From Octopus vulgaris (Eukaryota), in assembly GCA_951406725.2 (NCBI GenBank), contig OX597823.1:30132001-30196000 (forward strand): 64,000 nucleotides of DNA, read 5' to 3'. The position numbers and the translations under genes are program-made. Below, one piece after another: positions 1 through 12,677 of the stretch (position 1 is its first letter; each line of letters opens with the position of its first letter). Under the pieces are notes generated by a model. That model did no database searches and was not told the origin of the DNA. It saw only the letters and a program-made list of their open reading frames with translations.

Positions 1-754
1 ACGCTTGATGCCATCTTTGACAACGAACAAAGTAAAGATGGCAAGGATGGAGGCACGGGTGTTGATGAAAGATGTCACCCCCACTTGGTAGACAACAAAG
101 AAGATTCAAGTGAGAAACCTGCCCGGAGAGTAAACCCAAGTGCAAGTGCCCCTACTAGCACCAAAAGCCAAAACCATAGATATGAAAGAGCCAAAACAAA
201 AAGAAGTAAAAGGAGGGAAAACTAAAAGAAAAGCAAAAGATGAAACAGCCAAAGAAGGAAAAACTAAAACTCAAACAAAACCAAAAGATGAAACAGCCAA
301 GAATAGAAGCAAACCTGACTATCCATATACCAAAAAGGATAGAAAGAGACAGCGCACACGAATGTGTAAATTCTACCTGAAATGTGTCTGCTGGCATGGA
401 GAGGAAGGTGCAGGCTGCCGTTTTGAACACCAAGGACCCTGCCACATAAACATGAAACAGGGCAGAAACCAACTACCAAAAGGAAAAGGAATGGACCACG
501 TACCACCTGCCCCAAAACGGAGGTACCCAGATGTAGTGCGTGCTACAAACCATCAACATGTTATTGAAAGGGCAGCTGCTGAACAAGAATCTTTTTTGTG
601 CATGGCGCAAAAGATTGTACAGCAGCTAACCTGGCTCCATCAAACTCAAACTCGCAGATGGGACTATCCACAATACACAAGACCGCCACAGCAAATAGAC
701 CCAAGGTGGACACCACCGGCAACAGCACGCACATCACCTCGATGCTCCTACTGA
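1..754 (+). mobile_element. Non-LTR retrotransposon ORF1 (3' part, frameshifted near 130-150) with a CCCH-type zinc finger
   Basis: Frame 1 is open from the window start, then frame 2 runs 140-754. Lys-rich region with repeated KDETAK and CKFYLKCVCWHGEEGAGCRFEH. Lies directly upstream of and overlaps an APE ORF. Confidence 0.7.
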
Positions 755-1455
755 ACATCAGAGGACTGCTAACACTCAGTAACAGGAGAAAAATCCCGTT
801 CCTGAGAGACCTTGTTGCATGCAATCAAGCCTTATGCATAGCACTTACGGAAACACACCTGAAACCGGACATAGTAGATGCGGAAATACACATACCACAG
901 TATGTTGTACTACGGACCGACAGAAAAGAAAGGAGTCATGGAGGAGTTGCTATGTACATCCGCGAGGACCTCACACCCCAGGTCCTTTTGTCATACTCAA
1001 ATTCGGTGTGTGACACACTAATTGTACATATAAGGCAACTTTGTGTAGTTATATGTGCTACATATCGTCCTCCAGATGCCCCAAGCCATGTAGGCAAGTT
1101 TGAAGACTGCCTTATAAAAATAGAAGAAGTTCTAGTCACATTAGAACAACACTTAAGTGTACTTCTTATGGGAGACTTCAATCTGCCCAATGTCAGATGG
1201 CCCGAGGGCCTTTCTATCCCAGGAATGACACGATGCGAACGAGGACAGGCGAGGTCCCTCCTGAACCTCATCAACACTCTGTACATGGAGCATATAATAC
1301 CCCAACCAACCAGGGCAGGTAACATACTGGATCTCTGCTTCACAAATAATATGGATCTCATCCGTAATGTGAAAGTGACACCGACACTACTCTCGGATCA
1401 CAACATGGTAGAGCTGACCATGTACGGGCCAAAGGAAAGCATGGACATGCAGTCT
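598..1455 (+). mobile_element. Non-LTR retrotransposon ORF2 apurinic-endonuclease (APE) domain, CR1/L2-group-like, 3'-truncated before RT
   Basis: APE motifs LLNIRGL, IALTETHL, RTDR..SHGGVAMYI, YRPP, MGDFNLP, PTRAGNILDLCFTN, SDHNMV. Confidence 0.9.
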
Positions 1456-3037
1456 ACAAGTCTTCTGCTGTTGGTGCTGCATTGATGTCTATTTTATTTT
1501 TGCCAAATTCTTGGTAGAACTTTTTGGGGTTGGAGTTGAACTGTTTGTTTTGTTCAAAGAAACGTTGGCGTTTCTCATACCGGCGGATCCTTTGTGCTTT
1601 GGCAAGGATATCTTGCTTTAACTTTTCTTTTACTTCAGGCAAATCTTTTTCTGTAATGTTTATTTGCACAGTATTTTTGTTTTCTTCTTGTTAGTAGTGT
1701 TGATTGTCTACTAATTTCGTTAAGAATTGACAGATTTTTTCTTCATTCTTCTTTTTTTGGGGGGTGGGGGGGATATTATTTACCCACAGGATTTGCTTGT
1801 GTACTGGTATTCCTGTTTGGGTGGGTTTGAGGGAGTATCCAGCTACCTTTGGGGCTGCAGAGGCTGCTGCATATATTATGTCATTTAGCTCGGTGATATT
1901 CAAATTTGTTTCAGTGGCTATTAGTTCCGTGACGGCCAGGTTTATGCTATTTATTACTGATGTTGTTTTATTCTCTATTTTGATTTTTGGGAGGTATAAT
2001 CGGTGGTCGATTCTGGGATCTGTGGTTTTCAGTTCTTTGATTATGCTCATTTTTATAGCATTATAATCATTAGGTCCCCCTTTACTGTTTTCAGGTTTTA
2101 GATTTGTATCGCCTTCCTTCTCATTCATGTTTGTCTGTAGTGTTCTGGATTGGTGCTTTTTGTACATTATTATACATCCCTACGGTCTGGGTTTGTTGTC
2201 TTTTGTTGTTTACTTCGCTTTAGTTGGAAATGTTACGTCTGTCTTTTACTATCTCAGTGTTTATATTATTTAGCGTTGCTGTGTGGCTACTATCTACATT
2301 TTCTTGATGTAGTTTTTCCTTTTAAATGTTCTATCTCTATTTCTGATATATTTTTTTTTTTTGAGAATATATCTTCGTATGTTAGCTAGTTTATTACGGT
2401 TCGTTGCTGTATCGAAGTCTTTATTTAGGTTATTTTTCTCTCATATTTTATATGTCTATGTTGTTGTGCTTTCGTTCTTTGGGTAGAGTAGTACTGTAAA
2501 ATAAGCGTGTAGGATTGAAATATATTCCTCACGTGTCCATTTATGCCTTTTAGGTTTTATTTGCGGGACATGGGGAACAACGATCTGCCCTTTATTTTGA
2601 CGGTCATCATTTTCGTAGGGTACCGGTCCGTTCATTTCTGTTAAATTGTTTTGCACGTGTAGTTTTCGTACTTTTTGTGTAACAAGTTTAAAGTACGTAC
2701 TTCCCGATTGTTATTCTTGGGTTGAATAATACCGGTATAATTTAATCTATTTGTAATTTTTTTGTACATGGTGTTTTGGGACGGAGGTGGTCTGGTGTTG
2801 ATGGATCGTAATGTGTCGAGCGTGTTTACGTGTGCTGTACGAGTAGTGGAGATGATATCCAGTTAAAATACATCATTTCATTTGGAAAACAGGAATAAAT
2901 TTCAATTAGTATTACTTACTCGGATATAGTCCAACCCATTGCTATTTTTGGCTCCAAGCGATGTCTATATTTCCGGTGTTTTTGTATAAATTTCGGAGTA
3001 GTGTTTTATCTCTCTCACATGTTAAACGTCCCCGGTG

Positions 3038-3039
<2 letters not shown>
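1454..3039 (-). mobile_element. R4/Dong-type (RLE-clade) retrotransposon, 5' UTR and N-terminal ORF, decayed and 3'-truncated
   Basis: Minus-strand ORF pieces KRHKWTREEY (2456-2656), LNITELNDIIYAAA (1691-2167) and LKQDILAKAQRIRRYEKRQRFFEQNKQFNSNPKKFYQE (1454-1669) match the pre-RT region typical of R4/Dong. The 5' end abuts (AAT)n. Confidence 0.8.
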
Positions 3040-3115
<76 letters not shown>

Positions 3116-3122
3116 CATTATA

Positions 3123-3166
<44 letters not shown>

Positions 3167-3170
3167 CATA

Positions 3171-3241
<71 letters not shown>

Positions 3242-3248
3242 AATTATT
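3040..3248. repeat. (ATT)n microsatellite
   Basis: About 70 ATT units, directly visible. Confidence 0.98.
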
Positions 3249-3322
3249 CAGGTCACTGCCTGGAATCGAACTCGGAATCATGGGGTTAGTAGCCCGCGCT
3301 CTTAACCACTACGCTATATACC
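3249..3322 (-). mobile_element. tRNA-derived SINE head followed by (AAT)n
   Basis: Minus strand: A box TAGCGTAGTGG, anticodon-like arm CGGG-CTACTAA-CCCC, B box GAGTTCGATTCC. No pairable acceptor stem. Confidence 0.75.
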
Positions 3323-3361
3323 TGATGAAGGCTGGAGGGTATATCAGCCGAAACGTTGTGT
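3318..3361 (+). ncRNA. Minimal type I hammerhead ribozyme motif
   Basis: atac-CTGATGA-a-GGCTG(loop)CAGCC-GAAA-cg-TT-gtgt. Confidence 0.7.
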
Positions 3362-4362
3362 TATAACAACAAAGAAGATGAGGATAAATATCCGTCAAAT
3401 GTAAATAATGTACATAATTCTTCATCTCTTAAATATAGAACTGTATAGTAGAAGCGCTTGCCCAAGGTACAGTGCAGTGGGACACAATGCGAAACCAAAC
3501 GTTTGCAAAACGAATTTCTTAAACCGCTCAGCCACACCTGAGCTTTTATGAACTTCTCGCTCACTTACGTAACAGTTCATGAAATCTGTTCATTTTATAT
3601 TGAACAATCACGCGTTTCATTGCTATATGTTGTCACAATTTTTACTGAAAACAACTTTTGTACAGCTGTACACAATTCATTCAAACGTGGTGTACTTTAT
3701 CATGTAGTAACATGTCGCTTTCTTTTTTGCTGTTGGTTTTTGCACAAAACAACCCACTGGGAACTAAACTTCTTTGTTGCACTGTACATATATTTCAGCA
3801 TGTTCTAAATTATTTTACCATTCAGATTTTACCTAGATTTCAACGTTCATCTCATACTAGTAAAAGGTTATAATTTCGTAATGGCAAGGGTAGTCGTCTT
3901 TTATACGAAATACACACACACTATAGTAACAGTAAATCAAAACATAAATCAACTATCATTCTATGCAAGAAAAAAAAGCCACGCGGTCACATAAAAGACA
4001 TACACGTATGTGGGTGCAGGTCTTGGGTTCGGTTCCACTCAGCGATATCTTGCGCAAATTGTCTTCTCCTATAACATGCTGACCGACGAAAGCCTTGTGA
4101 TGGATTTGGTAGATGGAATTAGAAAAAAGAACCGTTATATGAATATGCGCGCGCGAGTGTGTGTTTGTGTGTGTGAGACCTCCATATAGAAGCAGTTTTT
4201 GAAGCTGAAGGTGGCTTTATTGAATAAGATTATAGAAAAGAAGGTTTATTTATCCTCATAGCATAGCATCTCTTGATAAATAAAGTTATTATCTGTTATC
4301 GTATATCTGTATTTTTTATAAACATAAATCTATCCTCAAATACCTTACACACCCTGTATGCA

Positions 4363-4438
<76 letters not shown>

Positions 4439-4473
4439 TATTAATACATATATATATATACATACATACATAC

Positions 4474-4525
<52 letters not shown>

Positions 4526-4529
4526 TACC

Positions 4530-4896
4530 ACAAGTTTTTTGTATTCTCTCTCTGTATATTTCATCGTGTTCTTTCTGTTGAAGAGCCTAGGCTCGAAACA
4601 TAAAAGACTTTCTCACCTTCCCGAGCGTTAAACTAATACACCTGTTTGTTGTTCATACACCTGTCTTCGTCGTTTTTTTTCTGTAAATTCCAACTATATG
4701 TATATGTGTATATATGATAAGTGTATTTATTTTCTATTTTCTATTTTCTCTCCCTGCTTATTTCTATATTCCTTTCTGTCGATGAGCGTAGGCTCGGAAC
4801 GCAAAAGACTTTCTCACTTCCCGAGCGTTAAACTAATATATCTGTTTGTTGTTTACACACCCGTCTTCGTCTTTCGTTTTTCTTGTAAATTCTCAC

Positions 4897-4897
<1 letters not shown>
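4530..4897 (+). mobile_element. Two tandem copies of HHR-bearing short element (family A) in (TA)n
   Basis: Copies at about 4530-4697 and 4720-4897, each with CTTT-CTGTNGA-N-GAGC(4)GCTC-GRAA-NN-YA-AAAG (4571-4606, 4772-4807) and a shared tail ...CCCGAGCGTTAAACTAATA...TCTTCGTC. Confidence 0.8.
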
Positions 4898-4940
<43 letters not shown>

Positions 4941-5113
4941 CGTGTGTGTGTGTGTGTGTGTGACTGTGCGTGTATATATATATAACTAATGAAGAGTCCT
5001 TTCTCTGTTTTTACTTGTCCTGTTTTCCATTTATTCTCGTTGTTTACGTATTTCATGTTATTTGCACCGTTGGTGACGTCCTGTACCCATATATGCATGT
5101 ATATATATATATG

Positions 5114-5174
<61 letters not shown>

Positions 5175-5335
5175 CAAGGGTGCTATGAAGCACAAGCTTA
5201 GATAAAAATAGGGGTCAAAAATACTCCGTAATAACAAAAATTAACATTAGATTTTCATAGGTATGGTTGAAGAAATCTAAGTTTAATAAGGATTACGTCT
5301 TACCTCTGCAAAAGTGCAAGAAGGAACGCCAGTTA

Positions 5336-5393
5336 ACATGTTATCATGGGTTCGAATTTTGCACCAAAGACACCTAATTCTCTTCAGCCATGT
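5336..5393 (-). ncRNA. Degenerate hammerhead motif
   Basis: Minus: acatgg-CTGAAGA-GAATT...AATTC-GAAC-ccatga-TA-acatgt. Confidence 0.5.
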
Positions 5394-5612
5394 CTACTCG
5401 TAACAAAACCTTACATCACTTCAACCATTGCCTGCGTTCGTCTCAGTGCCTAAACCGCAGTGAGGAAACGAATTAAATGAATGAAATTTTTAAAAATATA
5501 TGAAGAACTTGCGGCCACTAACATTAATATCTCTTATGAGTATTAATGTTATTTATATATTTTAAAAAAATGTGTGTGTGTGCGCGCGTGCGCTCGTACA
5601 TTATACAGCTAG

Positions 5613-5651
<39 letters not shown>

Positions 5652-5654
5652 TAG

Positions 5655-5699
<45 letters not shown>

Positions 5700-5803
5700 C
5701 ATACATACATACATACATGCATACATACATACATACATACATACATACATACATACATACATACATGCATGCATACATACATAGGTGGGTGGATGGGTGG
5801 ATG

Positions 5804-5886
<83 letters not shown>

Positions 5887-7040
5887 TGACTGACTGATTG
5901 ATTGATTGATTGATTGACTGATTGATTGATTGATTGATTGATTGATGACGTCTTAAGAATTGATATATCCCAAGAGATGATGAAATAATTCAATTCTTAT
6001 CTGGAATTGAAGCAGATAAGCTATATATGAAAGCGTGTAAATATTTGGTTTAAAACTTGTTGGAGTGCAAAGCGAGAGAGAGAGGGAGAGAGAGGGGAGA
6101 GAGAGAAAGTGAGACAGACAGACAGAGTCAGAGACATAGAGACAGAGACAGAGAGAGATAATAAAGAGTTTGAAAAGTGTCCATGCACGAAACCCTCGGG
6201 CCTCGATTCATTTTGTAACTTCTGTTGATTAAAAGATATGTGTGTGTGTGTGTGTTTACTCCAAACACACCTGTATCAGAAGTGAATGGTCTTAAGATCT
6301 TTGTGTTGCTAAACCGGACTTTTTCGGCGAGCCTTAATGTTTTGTTTGTGTGCTTGAATGACGTCAATACGTAGAAGCATATACGTATATAAATAAATAT
6401 GTATATATAGGGCTTTAATGAAGCGACACATAAGCAACAAACATATGCAGTGTACGCCTGTATTAATATGGCCTGAATTGTGTTTTAGAGTTTACCCTAT
6501 TGTTAAATATAGCAAACGTGGTCAGGCCAGCTAAATATAGATTGTTACGGCGCTACTAAATATAGTAAAATAAAATACCAGTTATTCTAGCAACAAACTT
6601 ACCCTGCTACCCTATCACTAAATTTAAAGACGTGAATTCATTCGGGTTAGGGAGGAAAGCAAGAAACGAATAAAAAAGATTTTTTACAAACGAACAAAAA
6701 GATAATGAAGGTTGAGAATGAATAAAAGAAGGAAGGGTGTGTTGTTTGTGTCTCTATTTATAGTGCTATATATTGATTACGAGTGAATAAGACAGCGTAA
6801 CGTTGATTTTCCAAAGATAATTCGATGACGACGTATGTCGTCTCTCAGAATAAATCACAATATATCATGAATCATGAATCAGACATTTTTATTTTTACAT
6901 CACGATTCAATTTTAATTGTTGCTCGCATTTTTTTAAAGTTCAAACAAACACGCACAAAAACAAGTCTCTCTCACACACACATATAAATATGTATATACA
7001 TATATGCCTACATATATATATATATATATTTATGTATATA

Positions 7041-7107
<67 letters not shown>

Positions 7108-7159
7108 TCACACGTGGTATGTACAGACAAATTTATATATACATATATAAATACATACA

Positions 7160-7320
7160 TGCTCGAAATGAGGAGTAGATAGGCAGCCGACAACTGATGA
7201 AGGGTCGTACTTTATGTTACTTGTCCTATTTTCCATTTCTTTCTCTCGTTGTTTGCGTATTCAACTCATTTGTTTTCGTATTTCATGTTGTTTACTGTTT
7301 GTGACGTCCTGTGCCCAAAG
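7160..7320 (+). mobile_element. Short repeat family C (other copies about 4985-5100 +, 16562-16858 -, 16865-17090 +, 41000-41190 -, 50670-51215 +, 51280-51740 -)
   Basis: Shared CTGANGAAGG...T-rich body...GACGTCCTGTACCCATATATGCATGTA ending in (TA)n. Confidence 0.75.
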
Positions 7321-7329
7321 ATATATATA

Positions 7330-7748
7330 GTGGCTTTGTGGTAAGTAGCTTGCTAACCAACCACATGGTTCCGGGTTCAGTCCCACTGCGTGGCACCTTG
7401 GGCAAGTGTCTTCTGCTATAGCCTCGGGTCGACCAATGCCTTGTGAGTGGATTTGGTAGACGGAAACTGAAAGAAGCCTGTCGTATATATGTATATAGAT
7501 ATATATATATATATGTGTGTGTGTATGTGTTTGTGTGTCTGTGTTTGTCCCCCTAGCATTGCTTGACAACCGATGCTGGTGTGTTTACGTCCCCGTAACT
7601 TAGCGGTTCGGCAAAAGAGACTGATAGAATAAGTACTGGGCTTACAAAGAATAAGTCCCGGGATCGATTTGCTCGACTAAAGGCGGTGCTCCAGCATGGC
7701 CGCAGTCAATTGACTGAAACAAGTAAAAGAGTAAAAGAGTAAAAGAGT
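7330..7748 (+). mobile_element. tRNA-derived SINE with CORE-like central segment (cephalopod-type), near full length
   Basis: A/B boxes (TGGCTTTGTGG; GGTTCAGTCCC), GGCACCTTGGGCAAGTGTCTT, internal microsatellite, tail ...CAGCATGGCCGCAGTC...(GTAAAAGA)n. Further copies or fragments at about 4005-4140, 9505-9900, 14010-14160, 17420-17555, 22563-22855, 23030-23170, 30880-31045, 31905-32420, 54450-54610, 63345-64000. Confidence 0.88.
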
Positions 7749-7764
7749 ATATATATATAAAATA

Positions 7765-8790
7765 ATATGTTACATTTACTCAATAGTCAAGATAAAACTC
7801 TCAGTTTCAGATGCCGAAGTGGAAATCCACAACACCATCTCTTCGGTTATCTGGCCATCTGAAAAACGCTATGAAAAAATACCGTTATATAAAGGGAAAT
7901 TACTGTATTATAATTCTGCTCGCGAAACCACGTACTTATACGTCACTATGAAAACATACACATCTTCACTCGCATTTTTCGCCAAATATATACGCATATA
8001 TATACAACCTCATACACACACACATGCGTACCGTAAAAGTTCATACATACGTCTATATACGCACAAACATAAGAAAAACCATGGTTAAAGATAACAGAAA
8101 AAAAACATAAGGAAGTATACAAAGCATAAAAACCACGTTCATATACGGACAAGCCCCTATGCACTCATACATACAGACGCCCATCTATGTACATACCCGC
8201 ACATATTTATATACGCATACATACACACGCATATACAAAAAATGAATATACATATGTCCCCCCAAAAAATTTTTTTGAAAAATACTAAGTAAAAACGTCT
8301 ATATATATATGTGCATTCTTATGCCCGCACACACGCACACATCTAAAACTGTCCACTCATACATATTCACACACGTGTACAAATGAATCTATATACACGG
8401 CTATATAGGCACAGGAAAAAATGCAGGATATAAAAGTACAGAAAAAATTATTATGTGTGAAAATATAAAAATATATGAAATAATAAAAGGTATAATGAGA
8501 TAAAAAACTTTTTGGGACATAACATAGAAAGCAAGTTCTATCTGTTTTCTTTAGAGGACCAAAAACGTAACAAAAATTTAGTCATATTTGGGCATGATCC
8601 GAAAAGTTCTGTCCTTGAGTTTAGACATGTAGTAGGGTCTAAGCTGCTTTTCCAGATAAGCCATCTCTCCATGTCGCATAGACCGCACCTTCCGCTGCCG
8701 TTGGTATAGGGCTTACATTTGGCCAAAATCTTCCAATGGATGTTATAATCGACACATTTATCTTTTAAAGACCAAATATAGGCCCATATA
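7765..8790 (-). mobile_element. Penelope-like element 3' fragment: GIY-YIG C-terminus, 3' UTR and HHR (7791-7851)
   Basis: Minus peptide AYIWSLKDKCVDYNIHWKILAKCKPYTNGSGRCGLCDMERWLIW...LNSRTELFGSCPNMTKFLL (about 8520-8787) resembles the Naiad/Nematis-type endonuclease end. HHR: gataa-CCGAAGA-gatg...catct-GAAA-ctgagag-TT-ttatc. Confidence 0.8.
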
Positions 8791-8880
8791 AAATCAGTTT
8801 TTTAGAAAAACGTAAGTCCGGAGAAGCACGCTCTAAGGAGTAGTGCAGTCTATATTAATTGCTGGTAAAGGCCGGTTTAT

Positions 8881-8940
8881 TAGGTTACCCTGGGTTTCTT
8901 GCCATAAAGGGTACTTTTATGGCGTGTCTTCAGACCCTAA
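8881..8940 (-). ncRNA. Hammerhead motif with long stem II
   Basis: Minus: tagggt-CTGAAGA-cac-GCCATAAA..TTTATGGC-aa-GAAA-CCC-a-GGG-TA-accta. Confidence 0.6.
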
Positions 8941-9421
8941 GTCCTGATGGCCTATGACCTCTTTAAAATATTGTAGGGTAACTCTACAAACCGGCCATCA
9001 CTAGTAATTAATATATATGCATATATATATATATATATACATGTGTGTGTGGGGGGGGGTCTGTATTGTTGTCTGTCCTCTCCTGACTGAGGACGACCGT
9101 CACTGACCATTAAGCACAATGGGGATGCATCCGGACAAATTTTATACCCCACACTTGTGGTTCCAGTGGTGCTTATTGAGCGCCGCTCTTAATGGAAGTA
9201 GATATCTTAAGCCAAATTAATCCTGCTTCACAGCACTAGCGATACCACTTCCAGCAGATCATATTCAATTCTGCATGGAAAATGAGTGATCTTTCAAGAA
9301 TACTTCTTTCATTAGCTGTTACCTCCATTACTAGCGATAACAAGCAAAGACACACACATACACTCTCTCTCTCACACACAAACGCACACACCTAGATAGC
9401 TAGACAAATAGATAGATAGAT

Positions 9422-9503
<82 letters not shown>

Positions 9504-9714
9504 CTTTTATCGTTTACATTTCAGTCATTAGACTGCGGCCATGCTGGTGCACCGCCTTCAAGAAATTCTAGTCGAATGAATCGACTGTAGGTTTGTTTGT
9601 CGAACCGTTAAGTTACGGAGACCTAACTACACCAACATCGGTTGTCAAGCGATGGAGAGGGGACAAACACAGACACACACACATATATATATATATATAA
9701 TATATGAATATTTA

Positions 9715-9777
<63 letters not shown>

Positions 9778-9898
9778 TTATATTAAACCATTCACAAGGC
9801 TTCGGCCGGCCGAGTATTAGAAGACACCTGCGCAGTTTGCCACGCAATGGGACTGAACCCGGAACTGTGAGGTCTGATTCTTGCCACACACCCACGGC

Positions 9899-9949
<51 letters not shown>

Positions 9950-10244
9950 TTGCTGACATAACCGGTAATTCCCAGGAAAGCGAGACATATCCCTTGGTTC
10001 TGTTCTCATAATTGTTTCGCTAATCCAATAACAACAGTACAAAGTATGTAGCCCTTAAAACGGTTTTTGTGCATTTAGAGAGAATACCGAACTGTCTTAC
10101 ACAGGATCTTGTTCTTAGGAATTCCCAATAAGTTATGAATACCCATATTGTGAAGTCAGTTATGTATTAACATAAAATAAGTTATCCGATAGTAAAAATT
10201 CAAATTAAGTAGCCCCGAAAAGGGTTCGAGCCCACAAGAGTAAA

Positions 10245-10425
10245 TAAGAGAGACAGAGACAGGCAGAAACAAGGAAAATGCCCCTTGTATTTGAATACTA
10301 TGCAAATATTCTTTTAAAAAACTTTTCGTTTCATTTATTCCAAAATTTAATTGTCTTCCATGCTTACAGTTGAAGAAGTCTCAATGACTGAAACCGGTGC
10401 TAAAATGTTTTTTTTATAAAATAAC
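10245..10425 (+). mobile_element. Older solo 3' end (pLTR) related to the young PLE at 60301-62737, with HHR at 10367-10402
   Basis: Visible similarity to 62540-62700; cag-TTGAAGA-AGTC-tcaat-GACT-GAAA-CCGG-TG. Another fragment at about 31596-31665. Confidence 0.7.
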
Positions 10426-10483
10426 AGATATATATATTTATATATATATTATATATATTATATATATATTTATATATATATTA

Positions 10484-10880
10484 CTAGCAGTATCGCCCGG
10501 CGTTGCTCGGGTTTGTAAGGGAAATAACTATATAAGCATTTTTAGAGAGTTATAGCCAAAAAGTAGCAAAAAATGCATTAAAAATATTTAAAAAAATGAT
10601 GGTAAATTTTTTTTTTAAATCGTTGACTCATCGTAGACATTTTTAGAGAGTTACTTCCCTTATATAATAGCGAAAAAATGCATTAAAATGGAAAAAAATG
10701 ATGGTAATTTTTTTAAAATCGTAGACTCATCATAGACGCGCGCTAATACCCAGAAGGGCTCGATATGAATCACGACTATAAGATACCCGGTTTTGGTTAA
10801 ACTGCACCGCAAAATCTGGGAGTAGCTAGGAATCTAAATCGTAGGAGGCAGACACACAACCTCTCTTTTATATATAAAGA
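10484..10880 (-). mobile_element. Non-autonomous Helitron
   Basis: Minus strand begins TCTTTATATATAAAA and ends with hairpin CCCGAGCAACGCCGGG + 8 nt + CTAG. Inserted between A and T, no TSD, internal tandem duplication. Confidence 0.8.
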
Positions 10881-10910
10881 TATATATATACATTATATAA
10901 ATATAAATAA

Positions 10911-10994
<84 letters not shown>

Positions 10995-10996
10995 TA

Positions 10997-11185
10997 CAGT
11001 AATCTCTCGTATATCTCAGGTGTAACGTTCCAAAATCCCCTGCGATTGGTGAAAATCCGTGAAGTAGAAACAGTACTGTATATTTTTTTTATTTATTTTT
11101 ATAATTTGTATGCATTTATTTTTACGCAAAACACCACAGAGAAATTGACGTAAGCTTAAATAATAAACCGCGATATGGTGAGGCG
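10997..11185. mobile_element. pogo/Tigger-like MITE remnant
   Basis: TA|CAGTAATCTCTCG start and CCGCGATATGGTGA near the other end. Right terminus lost. Confidence 0.5.
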
Positions 11186-11469
11186 CGTGACTTAGCGGTT
11201 AGGGTGCCGCTCAGTGCCACTCAGCTGGCAGGAATGACTAATTCTGTCGTGCATGAATGCCTCAACAAGTACGTTTGTAAGTACGTGGCTTTGTATGTAC
11301 ATGAGAGTGTGTTCATGCTCGCGTGAACAGGTTGAGTGTTTATGCTTGTGCGTGAGAATGTGTATGTGTCTGTGTATGTGTGTCTGTATTTACATGTGTG
11401 AATATATATATGTCATTGATGGTGTGCCAGTGCTTTTGTGTTTCAGTGTGTATCGCTATATCAGTGAAG

Positions 11470-11526
<57 letters not shown>

Positions 11527-11756
11527 TGTGTGTGTGCGTGTGTGTGTGTGAAGATTTACAGGTTAGTGTGGAGAACAGAATGCAATCATTGAATGACAGA
11601 ATCAATGGTACTCTGTTAAGCTTGTACTCCATCTCTGTTTAAACGCACCCATCCATACACGCCTACCTTCACTTACATAGTAAAGCACAAACACACGCGC
11701 AGGATCACATGCACATATTCACACATATACTGAGAATCACACACACACACACACGT

Positions 11757-11797
<41 letters not shown>

Positions 11798-12677
11798 TGT
11801 GTGTGTGTGTTTGTGTGTGTATACATAATGTAAGGTCAACAGACATTAAAAGCGGAAAGTGTAACAGGGAAAGAAAAAAAAGTAGTTTAACACTTCGCAA
11901 CTTGAAATGAGTGCGAAGTCTCCTAACGTTTCAAATGTTAGTCCTTCTTCAGAAGAAATAGAAAAGCATAAGAAAAGAAAAAAACATCAGCGTATCGAAA
12001 ACAAATGTTGCTTATTTTATCGACCCGAAACGGATGAAAGGTAAAGTCAGATTCAGCAGAATTTGAACTCAGAACGTAAAGACGGGCGAAATGCCGTTAA
12101 ACATTTTTCCTTGGGGTGTAAACGCCTTTGCTAACTTTCAACCTTACAACTGAGGTAAAAACGAAAGTCAAGGGTAAAATTAAAGGATAACAACTAGAAA
12201 GGAATGGCTCTCTATGGAGAAGTTCAAACGAGAAGGAGAGGTAGGTACAGGTGCGTGCGTCGGAGTGGCTCTTTAAATGGACGCATGGATATGAGAGGAA
12301 TGTGACAAGCGTGTGTACTGGTGAGGTCAATGTATCAATAAAATCGGTCTACGTGTTGAAATATGGTGACATTGGTTAGAGAACGTAGGGAGGGTACGAT
12401 GATATGTGTGTGTGTGGGGAGGGGTAATAGTTATGTGGAGGGTGTGGAAACGTGTGTGTGTGTGACTATGTGGATAAATGTGTATGACAAGAATTGCTGT
12501 CGGGTGACGTGTGCAAAGTGAAAGGCCTTGACAATGCGTATATTTGTGCGTAAACGTAAGCAAATTAGATTGGGAAAACTGGTTGTTTACTCATTCAAAA
12601 GTGCGGCTGTGAAACGAAGAGCGAAGGTTTAAAAACGCTCGAATTGATACAAAAAAAAAAAATTAAACATAAGATAA

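Noticed and set aside
2860-3039. HDV-like ribozyme at the 5' end of the R4/Dong element
   Set aside because: I could not identify the nested double-pseudoknot pairings by eye.
3249-3322. Functional tRNA gene
   Set aside because: The acceptor stem does not pair and it is followed by (AAT)n, so it is a SINE-type head.
8520-8787. Selenocysteine-containing PLE ORF
   Set aside because: No in-frame TGA in the visible fragment and no recognisable SECIS.
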